A DNA stretch of 64,000 nt from Bacillales bacterium UBA4855 (GTDB taxonomy: Bacteria > Bacillota_I > Bacilli_A > RFN20 > CAG-826): NCBI GenBank assembly GCA_002399785.1, contig DHEH01000010.1:134833-198832 (forward strand). The letters run 5' to 3'. Of the stretch, positions 39,584-50,377 are shown in pieces. Position 1 is the stretch's first letter. The number at the start of each line of letters is the position of its first letter. Below the pieces are notes generated by a model. The model made no database searches, was not told where the DNA came from, and saw nothing but the letters and a program-made list of their open reading frames with translations. The position numbers and the translations under genes are program-made.

Positions 39584-40285
39584 CTATTCAGCAACTGTAA
39601 ATTTTGATAAATCAGGGTAACTTAAATTACACTTGCCCCAATTAAATTTCATATCGATACTATCGGTAATATTAATATTAGTTAACAAATAATTATCAAA
39701 ACCAATTACCATAGTATAGCTAGTGCTAGTATCTTTAACTGTAATGTTTGCAGAAAGGTTACCGTCACCTTTTGACTTAAATTCATATTGGAATTTATCA
39801 GATTGAATTGATGTATTTTCTGCAGTTACAATCGATTTAGCTAAAGTTAGCAAAGTTTTCAAATATGTTTTTGAAGATTCGATGATACTATCGGAAAATT
39901 CTTTAGTTGCGGTAGTAAAAGCAGTTTCAGTATAAGCAATACTTGTATATGTTTTTCCTTCAGAAGAACTAGAAGCAGTGATGAATTTATTATCCTTAAC
40001 ATAGATCCAACCTTCAATTTTTTCACTTCCGGATTCAGCTGAACTATAAACATACTTATTCTCTAAATCTAAATTAGCGGTAGATTTAATTGTTGTACCT
40101 TCACTTGTAACGGTCATAATGGCAGAGCATTTTGTAGGAAATTTAAAATCTTCAGACGAGACTTTGGTTTCCATTGCATTAGCCTTGGCGACTGCTTCTT
40201 TTGGGGTAATTGTTTTTGCACAACTTGTAACGAGCATTAATGGTAAAACCATCAAAGGAATAAACTTTCTTGTAATATTTTTCAT
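39584..40285 (-). CDS. putative lipoprotein
   Basis: MKNITRKFIPLMVLPLMLVTSC lipobox; AAGGAG RBS; start moved to ATG 40285. Confidence 0.78.
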   Translation of the reverse strand: MKNITRKFIPLMVLPLMLVTSCAKTITPKEAVAKANAMETKVSSEDFKFPTKCSAIMTVTSEGTTIKSTANLDLENKYVYSSAESGSEKIEGWIYVKDNKFITASSSSEGKTYTSIAYTETAFTTATKEFSDSIIESSKTYLKTLLTLAKSIVTAENTSIQSDKFQYEFKSKGDGNLSANITVKDTSTSYTMVIGFDNYLLTNINITDSIDMKFNWGKCNLSYPDLSKFTVAE

Positions 40286-40379
40286 TGTTAATATTCTCCT
40301 TATTTGTAATTTATTATAAAGCAAAAAAATCGATAGACCAACATTTCTTAATAAAAAAACTTTAGAAAACGAATTTTTG

Positions 40380-40862
40380 CTATTTTTCAATTTTTTCGTC
40401 GACTAAAACGTCAAAAGGCGATGATTTTTTATTTTCATATTCTTCTTCACTATAAATTGTATAGTCCTTTGACGTTAAATATTTTTCACCTTTTTTATGA
40501 ACATTTATAGGGATAGATGTAACTACCAATGAATAAATCACTTCTTCCAAATCAAGAATTCCCTTATCAAGGTAAAAAATTTCTTCTGCTTCAAGTTCGC
40601 TCTTATTTGTAAAATATAAGGTGTCATCAATCAACATTTTATCGTTAAAAACTTTCAATGTATAAGAACTTATAAGATCTATATCAATTGTTAAATGTAA
40701 ATCTAAAGTTAAGATGTCATCAACTTTAGAAAAACTTACCACACCTTTACAATCATTAAATTTAGAAATTGAATAAAAATTATTTAATGAATTTAGTTCT
40801 TTTATCGAAGCTTGAAAATCCATCTTTTCTTGATTTTTAATCGAACCAAACGCAACTTTCAT
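40380..40862 (-). CDS. YceD/DUF177 family protein
   Basis: LISSYTL, LDLEEVIY..IP and C-terminal SPFDVL resemble YceD. Confidence 0.7.
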   Translation of the reverse strand: MKVAFGSIKNQEKMDFQASIKELNSLNNFYSISKFNDCKGVVSFSKVDDILTLDLHLTIDIDLISSYTLKVFNDKMLIDDTLYFTNKSELEAEEIFYLDKGILDLEEVIYSLVVTSIPINVHKKGEKYLTSKDYTIYSEEEYENKKSSPFDVLVDEKIEK

Positions 40863-43249
40863 TATCTTAACTCCACATTAAACTTAGAATTTAATGTTTC
40901 TCTAATTTTTTTATCAATTTCGCTTATTTCATTATCTTTTAAAGTATGATTCATCTCTTCAAAAGTAACGCTAAGAGCTAGCGAAACAAATCCTTCTTTA
41001 ATATTTGTTCCTTTATAAATATCAAATAATTCAACTTTGCTAATTAAAGACGAACATTTTTTTATTTCTTTTCTTAAATCGGCATAACTAATTTCTGAAC
41101 TAATAACAAAAGCATAATCACGACTGATAGTTGGATAAATACTTATTGGCATAAATTTATTGTTAGCAGATTTAGTATTAAATAATAAAGATAAATTCAT
41201 TTCTAATAAAACAGCATTCTCTTTATTTAAACCATATTCTTTTTTAATTGAAGGATGAATTTCACCTAAAACTGCTAAAGTTTTGCCATCAAGCATAACA
41301 ATTGCACTTCTAGAAGGGTGAAATTCATCAGAATTTTCAAGACGAGAAATACGAATTCTTGAATCACTAATATTAAATAGTTTTAAAATTTCATCCAAAA
41401 TTCCTTTAGCATCGAAATAAGTATATAAATCAGTAGAAATAGCATCTTGTCTTAGTTTTTTGCCAGTTAAAACTACACCTAAATGTTCTTCTTGACCTTT
41501 CAAAGTATCGATTGAAGTTAATTCGAAAATACCAAAATTTTTGTTTTGATGATTAAGATTATATTCAAGACATCTGAGTAGGCTTGATAAAACATTAGTT
41601 CTAATAAATTCGTGGTCGTTAGTTAAAGGGTTAATGATTTTATAATTTTCTTCTTTATTAATATAATTGAAAGCATTTTTATCCTTCTCATTTATTAAAG
41701 TATAAGTTAAAACCTCATAAAAACCAGAATTAGACAAAAAACTACGGATAGTATCTTTTTTCTTTTCTAAAAGAGATTTGCCACCAACAGTAGTATTCAT
41801 AAATGGAAAAGTAGATGGAATTTGATCAATTCCAATATATCTAATAACTTCCTCACTTAAATCAGCTTTACCATCGACATCGATACGATAAGCAGGAACA
41901 AAAGCTATAAAATGATTGTTATCAATGTTATTTATATTGAAATTTAAAGCATTTAAAGTATTTTGAATAGTCTGAAAATTCAAGGTTGTTCCCAATCTTT
42001 TATTTATATAATCTAATGAACATTCAATATGTTTTTGATCATGATTTAAAATATCATATTTAATTAAATTTGAAATTTTATCAAAAACACTTACTTCTTT
42101 TAAATATTTTGCAATCAAATCAGCAACAAAATAAATTTGATCTTTATTGATTCCTTTAATAAATCTTTGACTTGCATCACTAGATAAACCTAATCTCATC
42201 GATGTTTTTCTAATACTAACATGATTAAAATTAGCAATTTCAATGGCGATATTAGTTGTTGAATTGTCAACTTCACTATTAAATCCACCCATTACACCAG
42301 CAATACACATTACTTTATTGTCGCTAATAACAACTAAATCGCCTTTTTTGACTTCGTATGTTTTTTCATCCAAAGCTTCATAACTACACTCAATGTCGTC
42401 ACGAACAATTAATTCTGGTTTAGGCAATTTATCCAAATCATAAATATGTATAGGCTGACCAGTTAAAATCATAATGTAATTGCTTAAATCTACAATATTA
42501 TTAATTGAACGGATTCCTTCACTTCTTAATACTTGTTTAAGCCAAATTGGACTATCAGTAATTTTTATTCCTTTAACAATTTTAATACCAAATTCTTTGC
42601 AATTGTCGGTTAAAGAATTTGAAACAAAAGTCTTTTCAGTATAATTAGATTCGTCTTCTACTTCAGTAATCGTTACTTTTCGATTAAATAAAGCTCCAAC
42701 TTCGCGTGCCACATTAAACAAAGCGTAACAGTCACTTCTATTAGCCAATAAATCTAAATCAAAAATTGTGTCATCAAGCCCTAAATAGCCTAAAACATCG
42801 GTATTTCCAACAATTGCATCAGCTGGCAATTCTTCAATACCTTCAATTTGTTCTTTTTTTAAATATTTTGGATCAACACCAAGTTCATTTAAGGCACAAA
42901 GCATTCCGTTGCTTTCTTGACCTCTAATCATGCCTTTTTTAATCTCTCCGTGAGGTAAAATAGCACCTGCTTTTGCAACAATGACTTTTAATCCTTTACG
43001 CACATTAGGAGCACCACAAACAATATCAAGAACTTCATTACCAATATCAACTTTTGTTATATGAAGATGGTCGCTATCAGGATGTTTTTCACAATAAATA
43101 ACTTCTCCAATTACTAAATTGGTTGCATTACTCATTTGTTTGACTTCATCAACTTCGATTCCGGCCTTAGTTAATTTATCAGCAATTTCATTTGGTTTAA
43201 TGTCGGTTAAATCGACATATTTTTTTAATTCTTTTAAACTAATTAACAT
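40862..43249 (-). CDS. pheT: phenylalanine--tRNA ligase beta subunit
   Basis: HPDSDHL, IVCGAPN, NRSDC, DLSEEVIR, FDX-ACB C-terminus. Confidence 0.97.
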   Translation of the reverse strand: MLISLKELKKYVDLTDIKPNEIADKLTKAGIEVDEVKQMSNATNLVIGEVIYCEKHPDSDHLHITKVDIGNEVLDIVCGAPNVRKGLKVIVAKAGAILPHGEIKKGMIRGQESNGMLCALNELGVDPKYLKKEQIEGIEELPADAIVGNTDVLGYLGLDDTIFDLDLLANRSDCYALFNVAREVGALFNRKVTITEVEDESNYTEKTFVSNSLTDNCKEFGIKIVKGIKITDSPIWLKQVLRSEGIRSINNIVDLSNYIMILTGQPIHIYDLDKLPKPELIVRDDIECSYEALDEKTYEVKKGDLVVISDNKVMCIAGVMGGFNSEVDNSTTNIAIEIANFNHVSIRKTSMRLGLSSDASQRFIKGINKDQIYFVADLIAKYLKEVSVFDKISNLIKYDILNHDQKHIECSLDYINKRLGTTLNFQTIQNTLNALNFNINNIDNNHFIAFVPAYRIDVDGKADLSEEVIRYIGIDQIPSTFPFMNTTVGGKSLLEKKKDTIRSFLSNSGFYEVLTYTLINEKDKNAFNYINKEENYKIINPLTNDHEFIRTNVLSSLLRCLEYNLNHQNKNFGIFELTSIDTLKGQEEHLGVVLTGKKLRQDAISTDLYTYFDAKGILDEILKLFNISDSRIRISRLENSDEFHPSRSAIVMLDGKTLAVLGEIHPSIKKEYGLNKENAVLLEMNLSLLFNTKSANNKFMPISIYPTISRDYAFVISSEISYADLRKEIKKCSSLISKVELFDIYKGTNIKEGFVSLALSVTFEEMNHTLKDNEISEIDKKIRETLNSKFNVELR

Positions 43250-43251
43250 AC

Positions 43252-44295
43252 TTAATCCTCCACATCCTTTTTGAATTCATCGATAAAGCGAATATCATTG
43301 CTATAAATTTTACGAATATCGTCGATACCATAACGAAGCATAGCAACACGCTCAATTCCAACTCCAAAAGCAAAACCACTATAAACATTTGGATCGTATC
43401 CACTCATTTTTAATACATTTGGATGAACCATTCCGGCTCCTAATATTTCAATCCATCCAGAACCCTTACAAGTTGGGCATCCTTTGCCTTTACATTTAAA
43501 ACAAGATATATCAACCTCAACCGATGGTTCTGTAAATGGAAAATAACTACTTCTAAATCTTACTTTAGTATCTTTACTAAACATTTCTTTAGCAAACAAT
43601 TCAAGCGTTCCTTTCAAATCACTCATCTTAATACCTTTATCAATAACAAGCGCTTCAACTTGAGCAAATTGATGGGAATGAGTCATATCGTCATCATCTC
43701 TACGATAGCATTTTCCAGGACAAATTATTTTTATTGGCTGTCCATGGGCTTTTTCCATAACTAAAGCTTGAACAGCACTAGTATGTGTTCTAAGTAAAGT
43801 ATTGTCGTTAATATAAAAGGAATCTTGCATATCTCTAGCAGGATGATCTTTAGGAATATTTACTAATTCAAAATTATAGTGATCACTAACGACTTCAGGA
43901 CCATTTTCAACTTTATAACCCATTGAAATAAAAATATTTTCAATTTCATTAATTACTTTATAAAAAGGATTTGTTGGAGTTTTAGAATAATTTACTCCAG
44001 GAAGAGTAATATCAATCGATTCTTTCTTTAAATCTTCTTTTAACTTTTCTTCATTTAATTTCGTAAGTTTTTCAGTTAATTTAGCATCAACTTCGCTTCT
44101 AACTTTATTAAAAGCTTCTCCGAAAGCTTTTTTATCTGGAGCGTCCTTAATTAAATTCATTAAAACAGATATTTGTCCTTTTTTTGACAAATATATGTTG
44201 CGAACATTATTTACCTCTTCAACAGTGTTTGCTTTTTCTAGTTCATCTAAAGCGTTCTTTTTAACTTGTTCAAATTTTTCTTCGTAGTTATCCAT
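43252..44295 (-). CDS. pheS: phenylalanine--tRNA ligase alpha subunit
   Basis: [33 protein letters not shown]; true start is ATG 44295 behind GGAGG. Confidence 0.98.
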   Translation of the reverse strand: MDNYEEKFEQVKKNALDELEKANTVEEVNNVRNIYLSKKGQISVLMNLIKDAPDKKAFGEAFNKVRSEVDAKLTEKLTKLNEEKLKEDLKKESIDITLPGVNYSKTPTNPFYKVINEIENIFISMGYKVENGPEVVSDHYNFELVNIPKDHPARDMQDSFYINDNTLLRTHTSAVQALVMEKAHGQPIKIICPGKCYRRDDDDMTHSHQFAQVEALVIDKGIKMSDLKGTLELFAKEMFSKDTKVRFRSSYFPFTEPSVEVDISCFKCKGKGCPTCKGSGWIEILGAGMVHPNVLKMSGYDPNVYSGFAFGVGIERVAMLRYGIDDIRKIYSNDIRFIDEFKKDVED

Positions 44296-44311
44296 ATTTT
44301 GACCTCCAAAT

Positions 44312-44505
44312 AAAATAAAAAGAATTAGTTTTTTGCAGGAACGAACTAACTTTGTCCGCGGTACCATCCTAATTCTTATAAAATTTTATAAGCTCTTAAT
44401 ATGTAATAGCTCCAAGATGAATTCCTTATTCCTAATAACAAACCTAGGTTTCACTATTCTAGGCTCCCTGTATAGTTTTCAAAATAAGTACTACTTCTTT
44501 TCTTC
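44312..44505 (-). promoter_or_regulatory. T-box riboswitch (Phe)
   Basis: T-box AGGATGGTACCGCGG at 44370-44356; stem I AGGGAG/AGTGAAA elements; GAA-UUC specifier at 44421-44419; downstream hairpin plus T-tract. Confidence 0.88.
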
Positions 44506-44606
44506 GCTACTAAAATTATACTCTAAGTAACTTAAAAAGAAAGTGAGCAAATAGATAAAAATGGACAATATCAAATAGACAATTTAAATATAAATTTTTA
44601 AATCAA

Positions 44607-46034
44607 TTATGAAATACTTAACGATCTTTTTTCTAAATTTAATTCATCATCCAAATTAGTAAATGCTTTTTTTGTGTAACGAGGTAAGACACAAACATAA
44701 AGAATAATAGTTATAACCCATGTAATCGGATATGTTGCATATAACCAACCTAAAGTATGGAAATAATCGACATATTTAAATAATGTATATATAAAAATTA
44801 GACGAACAATTGTACATCCGAAGAAAGTAATAACGGTTGGCGAAATAGAAAATTTTATTCCACGTAAATAAGCACTTAAAACATCCATAACTCCACATGT
44901 AAAATAGGTCAAACAAATAATTGTAAATCTAGTTTTAGCTATCTCCATTTCTTGATCATAAAATTGACTATTTTTACTAATTAAAATATTTAATAAATGC
45001 GTCCTTAGTAGTGTAAAAATAGTGCCACATACTAACCCTACTCCAACTACAGTAAATAAAGAATATTTTAAAATTTTCTTAATATTTTCTTTATTTTTTG
45101 CGCCATAATTTTGCGCTACCATCGCAACAACAGCCACACTTAAAGAATTTAAAATTGTATATAAATATCCTTCAATATTATTGCTTGCAGAATTAGCATC
45201 GACAGCGATTTCTCCAAATGAATTTGTTTGTGCTTGAATAAAAACATTAGATATAGAAAATACTAAAGATTGCAAACCACTTGGAATCCCTATTTTAAGA
45301 ATTTCTATAGTTTCTTCTTTATAAAGTTTTATCTTTTTAAAATCAAACCAAACATAAGCTTTTTTGTTGTGCCATAAAAAGAAAATTACAGCAATCGCTG
45401 AAACAGCCTCACTAATAACAGTCGCTAAAGCTACACCGACCACATCCATTTTAAAACTAATAACAAACAAAAAGTTTAAACCAATATTTACCACACCAGT
45501 AATAACCAATGTGTAAAATGGTCTTTTTGAATCTCCAAGTCCACGAAGAATTGAAGCCCCAAAATTATACACAAGCAAAAAAGGCATCCCAAGAAAGTAA
45601 ATTTTTAAATATTGAGATGCTAAATCAATTATATTCTCAGGAGTATTCATCCATCTTAAAAAATATTTAGAACAAAAATAGCCAATAAATCCAACAAAAA
45701 AACCTGAAACAATAGAAATTATCAATGAACTATACATTGCTCTACTAGTTTTTTCGCGATTATTTGCACCTTTACTAGATGCAACAACAACATTTGCACC
45801 AACACTTAAACCTAAAAAAGTTCCAACAAGTAGATTTATTAAACTACCATTTGCACCTACGGCACCCATGGAGTTGTCTCCGCCTCCAAAATTAGAAACT
45901 ACAAATAAATCGGCGGACGTATAAAGGAGTTGCAATACAGTAGTTAATATTAATGGAATGGTAAAAAGAACCATTTTTTTAAATAGGTTTCCAGTCGTTA
46001 AATCAATTTCATTTCCAAAAAAAGATTTTCTCAT
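44607..46034 (-). CDS. MATE family efflux transporter
   Basis: 12 TM; LRGLGDSKRP, GVALATVIS, GIPSG. Confidence 0.93.
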   Translation of the reverse strand: MRKSFFGNEIDLTTGNLFKKMVLFTIPLILTTVLQLLYTSADLFVVSNFGGGDNSMGAVGANGSLINLLVGTFLGLSVGANVVVASSKGANNREKTSRAMYSSLIISIVSGFFVGFIGYFCSKYFLRWMNTPENIIDLASQYLKIYFLGMPFLLVYNFGASILRGLGDSKRPFYTLVITGVVNIGLNFLFVISFKMDVVGVALATVISEAVSAIAVIFFLWHNKKAYVWFDFKKIKLYKEETIEILKIGIPSGLQSLVFSISNVFIQAQTNSFGEIAVDANSASNNIEGYLYTILNSLSVAVVAMVAQNYGAKNKENIKKILKYSLFTVVGVGLVCGTIFTLLRTHLLNILISKNSQFYDQEMEIAKTRFTIICLTYFTCGVMDVLSAYLRGIKFSISPTVITFFGCTIVRLIFIYTLFKYVDYFHTLGWLYATYPITWVITIILYVCVLPRYTKKAFTNLDDELNLEKRSLSIS

Positions 46035-46157
46035 AATGACTTATCATTATATACTCTTTTATTTATCTTTCTATTGAAAAACAAATGATTTATTAAATAT
46101 GCATATAAAAAGGATTTTTGTATAAAAAATCCCTTAAAACACACATTTTTTTAAATT

Positions 46158-46907
46158 TTAAATTTCAATTTCTAATCCGATAGGACAATGATCACTGCCA
46201 AAAATTTGAGTGTAAATTTTCGAATCAATTAAATTGTCTTTTAAGTCATTGGAAACTAAAAAATAATCAATTCTCCACCCAGCATTATTCTCTCGAGCAT
46301 TGAAACGATAACTCCACCACGAATAAGTAATAGTTGTTGGATATAAGTATCGAAAAGTATCTATAAAACCAGAATCCAATAATTCGGTCATTTTATTTCT
46401 TTCTTCGATTGTAAACCCAGCATTTCTTTGGTTGGTTTTTGGATTTTTAATATCGATTTCTTCATGAGCTACATTTAAATCACCACATACAATAACTGAT
46501 TTTTTAGTTTTTAAATCAGTCAAATAAGTTCTCAAATCATTCTCAAAAACCATTCTATAATCTAATCTTTTCAATTCTTCCTTTGAATTTGGAGAATAAA
46601 CGGTAACAAGATAAAATTTTTCAAACTCTAAAGTGATTAAACGCCCTTCATCACTATATTTATCATTTATTCCGTAAAAAACATTGATTGGTTGTTCTTT
46701 TGAAAAAATCATTGTTCCAGAATAGCCTTTCTTTTCAGCATCATTATAAAAAACATAATAAGGGAGGTCTTTCATTACAATTTGACCCTTTTGCATTTTT
46801 GATTCTTGAATACAAAAGAAATCCGGCATTTCTTTTTCTAAAAAATCATAAAACCCTTTAGTAATACAAGCTCTAAGGCCATTAACATTCCAAGAAATTA
46901 ATTTCAT
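46158..46907 (-). CDS. xth: exodeoxyribonuclease III (AP endonuclease)
   Basis: SWNVNGLR, QESK, GDLNVAH, GWRIDY, SDHCP. Confidence 0.95.
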   Translation of the reverse strand: MKLISWNVNGLRACITKGFYDFLEKEMPDFFCIQESKMQKGQIVMKDLPYYVFYNDAEKKGYSGTMIFSKEQPINVFYGINDKYSDEGRLITLEFEKFYLVTVYSPNSKEELKRLDYRMVFENDLRTYLTDLKTKKSVIVCGDLNVAHEEIDIKNPKTNQRNAGFTIEERNKMTELLDSGFIDTFRYLYPTTITYSWWSYRFNARENNAGWRIDYFLVSNDLKDNLIDSKIYTQIFGSDHCPIGLEIEI

Positions 46908-46910
46908 TAA

Positions 46911-47162
46911 CTACCCTTTTAATCCACGAGATTGGCGATCCATATCTTCAATGACAATATCAAAAATTTCGCCGATAGAAGAACAATATTTAAGAACTTC
47001 CCAGGGTTCGTTGGTATGAAAATGAATTTTAATTAAATTTTCATCTCCACATGCCAATAAACAATCACCTTTAAAATTTTTATTAAAATAATCACTAATA
47101 GCATCTTCACTAAGGTTTTCACCTTGAATTAACAATTGTGTATCATATCTAAATTCGATCAT
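46911..47162 (-). CDS. small protein resembling the middle domain of DAK2/fatty-acid kinase
   Basis: FRYDTQLLI, GDCLL, IKIHFHTNEP, IEDM; GAGG RBS. Confidence 0.65.
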   Translation of the reverse strand: MIEFRYDTQLLIQGENLSEDAISDYFNKNFKGDCLLACGDENLIKIHFHTNEPWEVLKYCSSIGEIFDIVIEDMDRQSRGLKG

Positions 47163-47231
47163 AAAATTACCTCTTCATATTATAACACTATTTTTAATTT
47201 TGTAAAAATAAGAGATTTGATTCAAATAAAT

Positions 47232-48365
47232 CTATTCTAAATAATCTTTATTTATTTTTTCAACTACTTTGTCAATATTTTTTGGAGTTAATCTTTTATA
47301 TTCTTCAAGATTCATTTTTTTACTAAACAGAGAATAAACCTGAGAAATATTAAAATTTGATAAGATCGTTTTATCAATATTACATTGACCACAAATAACC
47401 AATATAGTTAATCCATGATTATTATCAAATCTTTTACAAATTCCACCAACTGTTTTTCCATAAAATGATGATTTATCTAACATCCCTTCACCTAATATCA
47501 AATAATCAGCATCAGCAAGCTGTTCTTTAAGGTTTGAAAAATCAATAAAAAAATTGATTCCACTTTCGATTTTTGTATTAGTTATAAAACTAAGCGTAGC
47601 TCCAATCCCTCCAGCTGCTCCACCGCCAACAATTTTATTCAAATCAACATCAAATAACTTATGGACAATATTACAATAATTTTCCATACCGTTCTCAACA
47701 TCAAAAATATTTTTTTCTAATATCCCTTTTTGTGGTCCAAAAATGTAAGTTGCACCATAATCTCCAAGAATAAAATTTTTAATATCACTTAAAATAGTAA
47801 ATTTAATATTTTTAATTCTTTTGTCTAATAAAGAAAAATCGATATTTTTAATGTTTATAAGATCTTTAGCTGAACCAACTTTAATCATTTTTTTGTTTTT
47901 ATCATAAATTTTAGCACCTAAAGCTATTAGAAGACCAATCCCACCATCATTTGTGGCACTTCCACCCAAACCAATAATAATATGTTTGAACCCTTTATCT
48001 ATAGCATCGGTAATCATTTCACCGACACCAAAAGAAGTAGTAATTAAACCATTTCCAATAGAATATTCAATTAAAGAGAGACCATTGGCTTTTGCAGTTT
48101 CAATATAGCAAGTTTCGTTATTAATCATTAAATATTGAGAATTAATGACACTAAAGAATGGGTTATGGATAAAAATATTAATTTTTTTAACGTTACAATT
48201 ATTATGCTCGATTACATCAACACTTCCTTCACCACCATCAGTTAAAGGAATCGAAACAATATTAGATGATTTTTTTAATCGACTAAAAGAATCGCTAATT
48301 AAATTAGTAATTTCTACACTATTAAATGTGCCTTTGTAGGAATCAGATGCAATAACAATTTTCAT
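47232..48365 (-). CDS. glxK: glycerate kinase
   Basis: IASDSYKG, DGGEG, GLGGSATNDGG, FGPQKG, GAAGG, GEG. Confidence 0.92.
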   Translation of the reverse strand: MKIVIASDSYKGTFNSVEITNLISDSFSRLKKSSNIVSIPLTDGGEGSVDVIEHNNCNVKKINIFIHNPFFSVINSQYLMINNETCYIETAKANGLSLIEYSIGNGLITTSFGVGEMITDAIDKGFKHIIIGLGGSATNDGGIGLLIALGAKIYDKNKKMIKVGSAKDLINIKNIDFSLLDKRIKNIKFTILSDIKNFILGDYGATYIFGPQKGILEKNIFDVENGMENYCNIVHKLFDVDLNKIVGGGAAGGIGATLSFITNTKIESGINFFIDFSNLKEQLADADYLILGEGMLDKSSFYGKTVGGICKRFDNNHGLTILVICGQCNIDKTILSNFNISQVYSLFSKKMNLEEYKRLTPKNIDKVVEKINKDYLE

Positions 48366-48402
48366 GTCAAAAACAATAATATTTTAATCTAAATTGTAGA
48401 AA

Positions 48403-50244
48403 TTATAGTAAAGCAGAAGTATAATCAAAGAATTCTTGTAAGGTTAAATCTTTTACCTTCTTAGTTGTGCCGATAACACTTTTTTCAAGTGTTGTTGAAG
48501 ATATTGTTACAAAACCATCAGCAGCTAATGTATTAAGTGTTGCTTTATTGATATTTTTTGTGAAATTATTATTCATTTTGTCAAACGAGGCAGAATTCAT
48601 TAAATAAGAATTAACTGTGTCAGTACTATCATCTGGATCATCAAGTAAATATTTCCACATTGATTTTAATGTTGTTCCATCAGCTTCATAAACACTATCT
48701 TTAAAAACTTTAGCAATTGGTAATTGTTCTACGGCTGTACCAATGTCAGTTACAGGAGTTGTTGGATCCAAAGCCGATAAGAAAGACGAACTCGATATAT
48801 CTGTTGAGGAGAATACATCGGCCACAGTTAATCCAGCAATTTTTGTCGATAAATTGCTTATTTTTGTATCTTTTAAAGAATATAAAATTGGAGAATAACC
48901 GGTTTCACCTGGAGCTGGAACGTCAATCATCTCACTGATAGTTAAATCATCCATCATAGTAGTAATAGTTCCAATTGTAGTTCCTTTTGCTACTAAAGCA
49001 CTTAATATCTTAGATCCAGAAATTTGTGCATCAGAGAAAACAGATTCTAAGGTGATACTATTAATTGTTTCGTCATTTAAATCACTCAATTTCTTATCTT
49101 TTAAAGCCGATAAAATTTTTGGAGAACTAGAGGTAAGACCAAGAATCGATTCAAGTGTTAATTCATTAATTTTTGAACCAATATTTGTTAAAGTCGCTCC
49201 TTTAGATTTTAAGGCCGAAAGAATTGGAGAGTAATTTGGATCAGTCGTGTCATCAGTAATATCCAAAACTTGATCTAAAGTTAAAGTGTTAATCTTAGAT
49301 GCTAATTGATTAACTTGTGTATCTTTTAAGGCAAGCAAAATTTTATTGTCATTTACTGATTCTCCTAAAAAATCACCTAATGTCATACTTCCCTTAAGTT
49401 CATTTAATGTTTTATTCCTTATGTTATATAAAGGTGAGGTCGTATCCGTACCAACATCAACAAGGTCACCAATTGTTGCGTTGTTAATTTTAGCATTAAA
49501 ATCAGAACTAATTGTCATATCAGCTAAATATTGAAGTGCTTTTGGAGAACTACTATCAATTCCTAAAATGTCCTTCAAAGGCAATGTTTTAATCTTAGTC
49601 TCCATTTCACCAATTTTAGTATTTCTAAGTTCAAATAAAATGCCACTTGTTCCAACATCTATAACATCACTTAAAGTAATGTTCGAAATGAGATTGTTCA
49701 TATTTGTCATGAGATAATCAAGATTATATTTTGATCCATCATCAGCAAAACACAAATATTGAAGAACCTTTTCACTTGAATCAGTAACTTTTAAAACATC
49801 TGCTAATGTAATGCTAGATTTTGCAGCATTAATAACAGCATTTCCGATATCGCTCCATGAAGCACTCTTGATACTTGTCATATCAATTGTACAACCTAAT
49901 GACGATTCTAAAGAACTATTAACCATGTCAAGAATTTTATCAGCTAAAGGGGTAAATTCACTAACATCGTCAAGATTGTTAAATGTAATATCTCCCTTAA
50001 CTACTGATGAAATTAAAGTCATAATGCTCTTTCCGTTATATTCATCAGTTATATAATCGCTTGATTTAATACCAACGACAGACATTAATTGAGTTGGTGT
50101 AACAAAAAACGAAGCACCGACAATAACACCAGCAGGTGTAATTGTTCCAACAAGGAACACAATCAAATATCTCCACCAATAATGTTTTTTTCTAACCTTA
50201 ACAGGTTTTTCAACTACTTTTATAACTTCCTTTGAATCAGACAT
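48403..50244 (-). CDS. membrane-anchored repeat protein of unknown function
   Basis: N-terminal TM followed by about 10-11 degenerate 31-42-aa repeats. Confidence 0.75.
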   Translation of the reverse strand: MSDSKEVIKVVEKPVKVRKKHYWWRYLIVFLVGTITPAGVIVGASFFVTPTQLMSVVGIKSSDYITDEYNGKSIMTLISSVVKGDITFNNLDDVSEFTPLADKILDMVNSSLESSLGCTIDMTSIKSASWSDIGNAVINAAKSSITLADVLKVTDSSEKVLQYLCFADDGSKYNLDYLMTNMNNLISNITLSDVIDVGTSGILFELRNTKIGEMETKIKTLPLKDILGIDSSSPKALQYLADMTISSDFNAKINNATIGDLVDVGTDTTSPLYNIRNKTLNELKGSMTLGDFLGESVNDNKILLALKDTQVNQLASKINTLTLDQVLDITDDTTDPNYSPILSALKSKGATLTNIGSKINELTLESILGLTSSSPKILSALKDKKLSDLNDETINSITLESVFSDAQISGSKILSALVAKGTTIGTITTMMDDLTISEMIDVPAPGETGYSPILYSLKDTKISNLSTKIAGLTVADVFSSTDISSSSFLSALDPTTPVTDIGTAVEQLPIAKVFKDSVYEADGTTLKSMWKYLLDDPDDSTDTVNSYLMNSASFDKMNNNFTKNINKATLNTLAADGFVTISSTTLEKSVIGTTKKVKDLTLQEFFDYTSALL

Positions 50245-50377
50245 AATTATTGCCTCAAAATTTCTTTATATTAATTATATTTTATTTCACAAAAATAACA
50301 TAAGACTTTCGAACATTCTTTATTTTTTAAAAATATAACAAAAAGTGTATAATAGCGAAAAAGAGGGTTTTATAAAT

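Noticed and set aside
44296-44367. N-terminal extension of PheS given by the ORF track
   Set aside because: It overlaps the T-box antiterminator/terminator; the true start is ATG 44295 with a GGAGG RBS.
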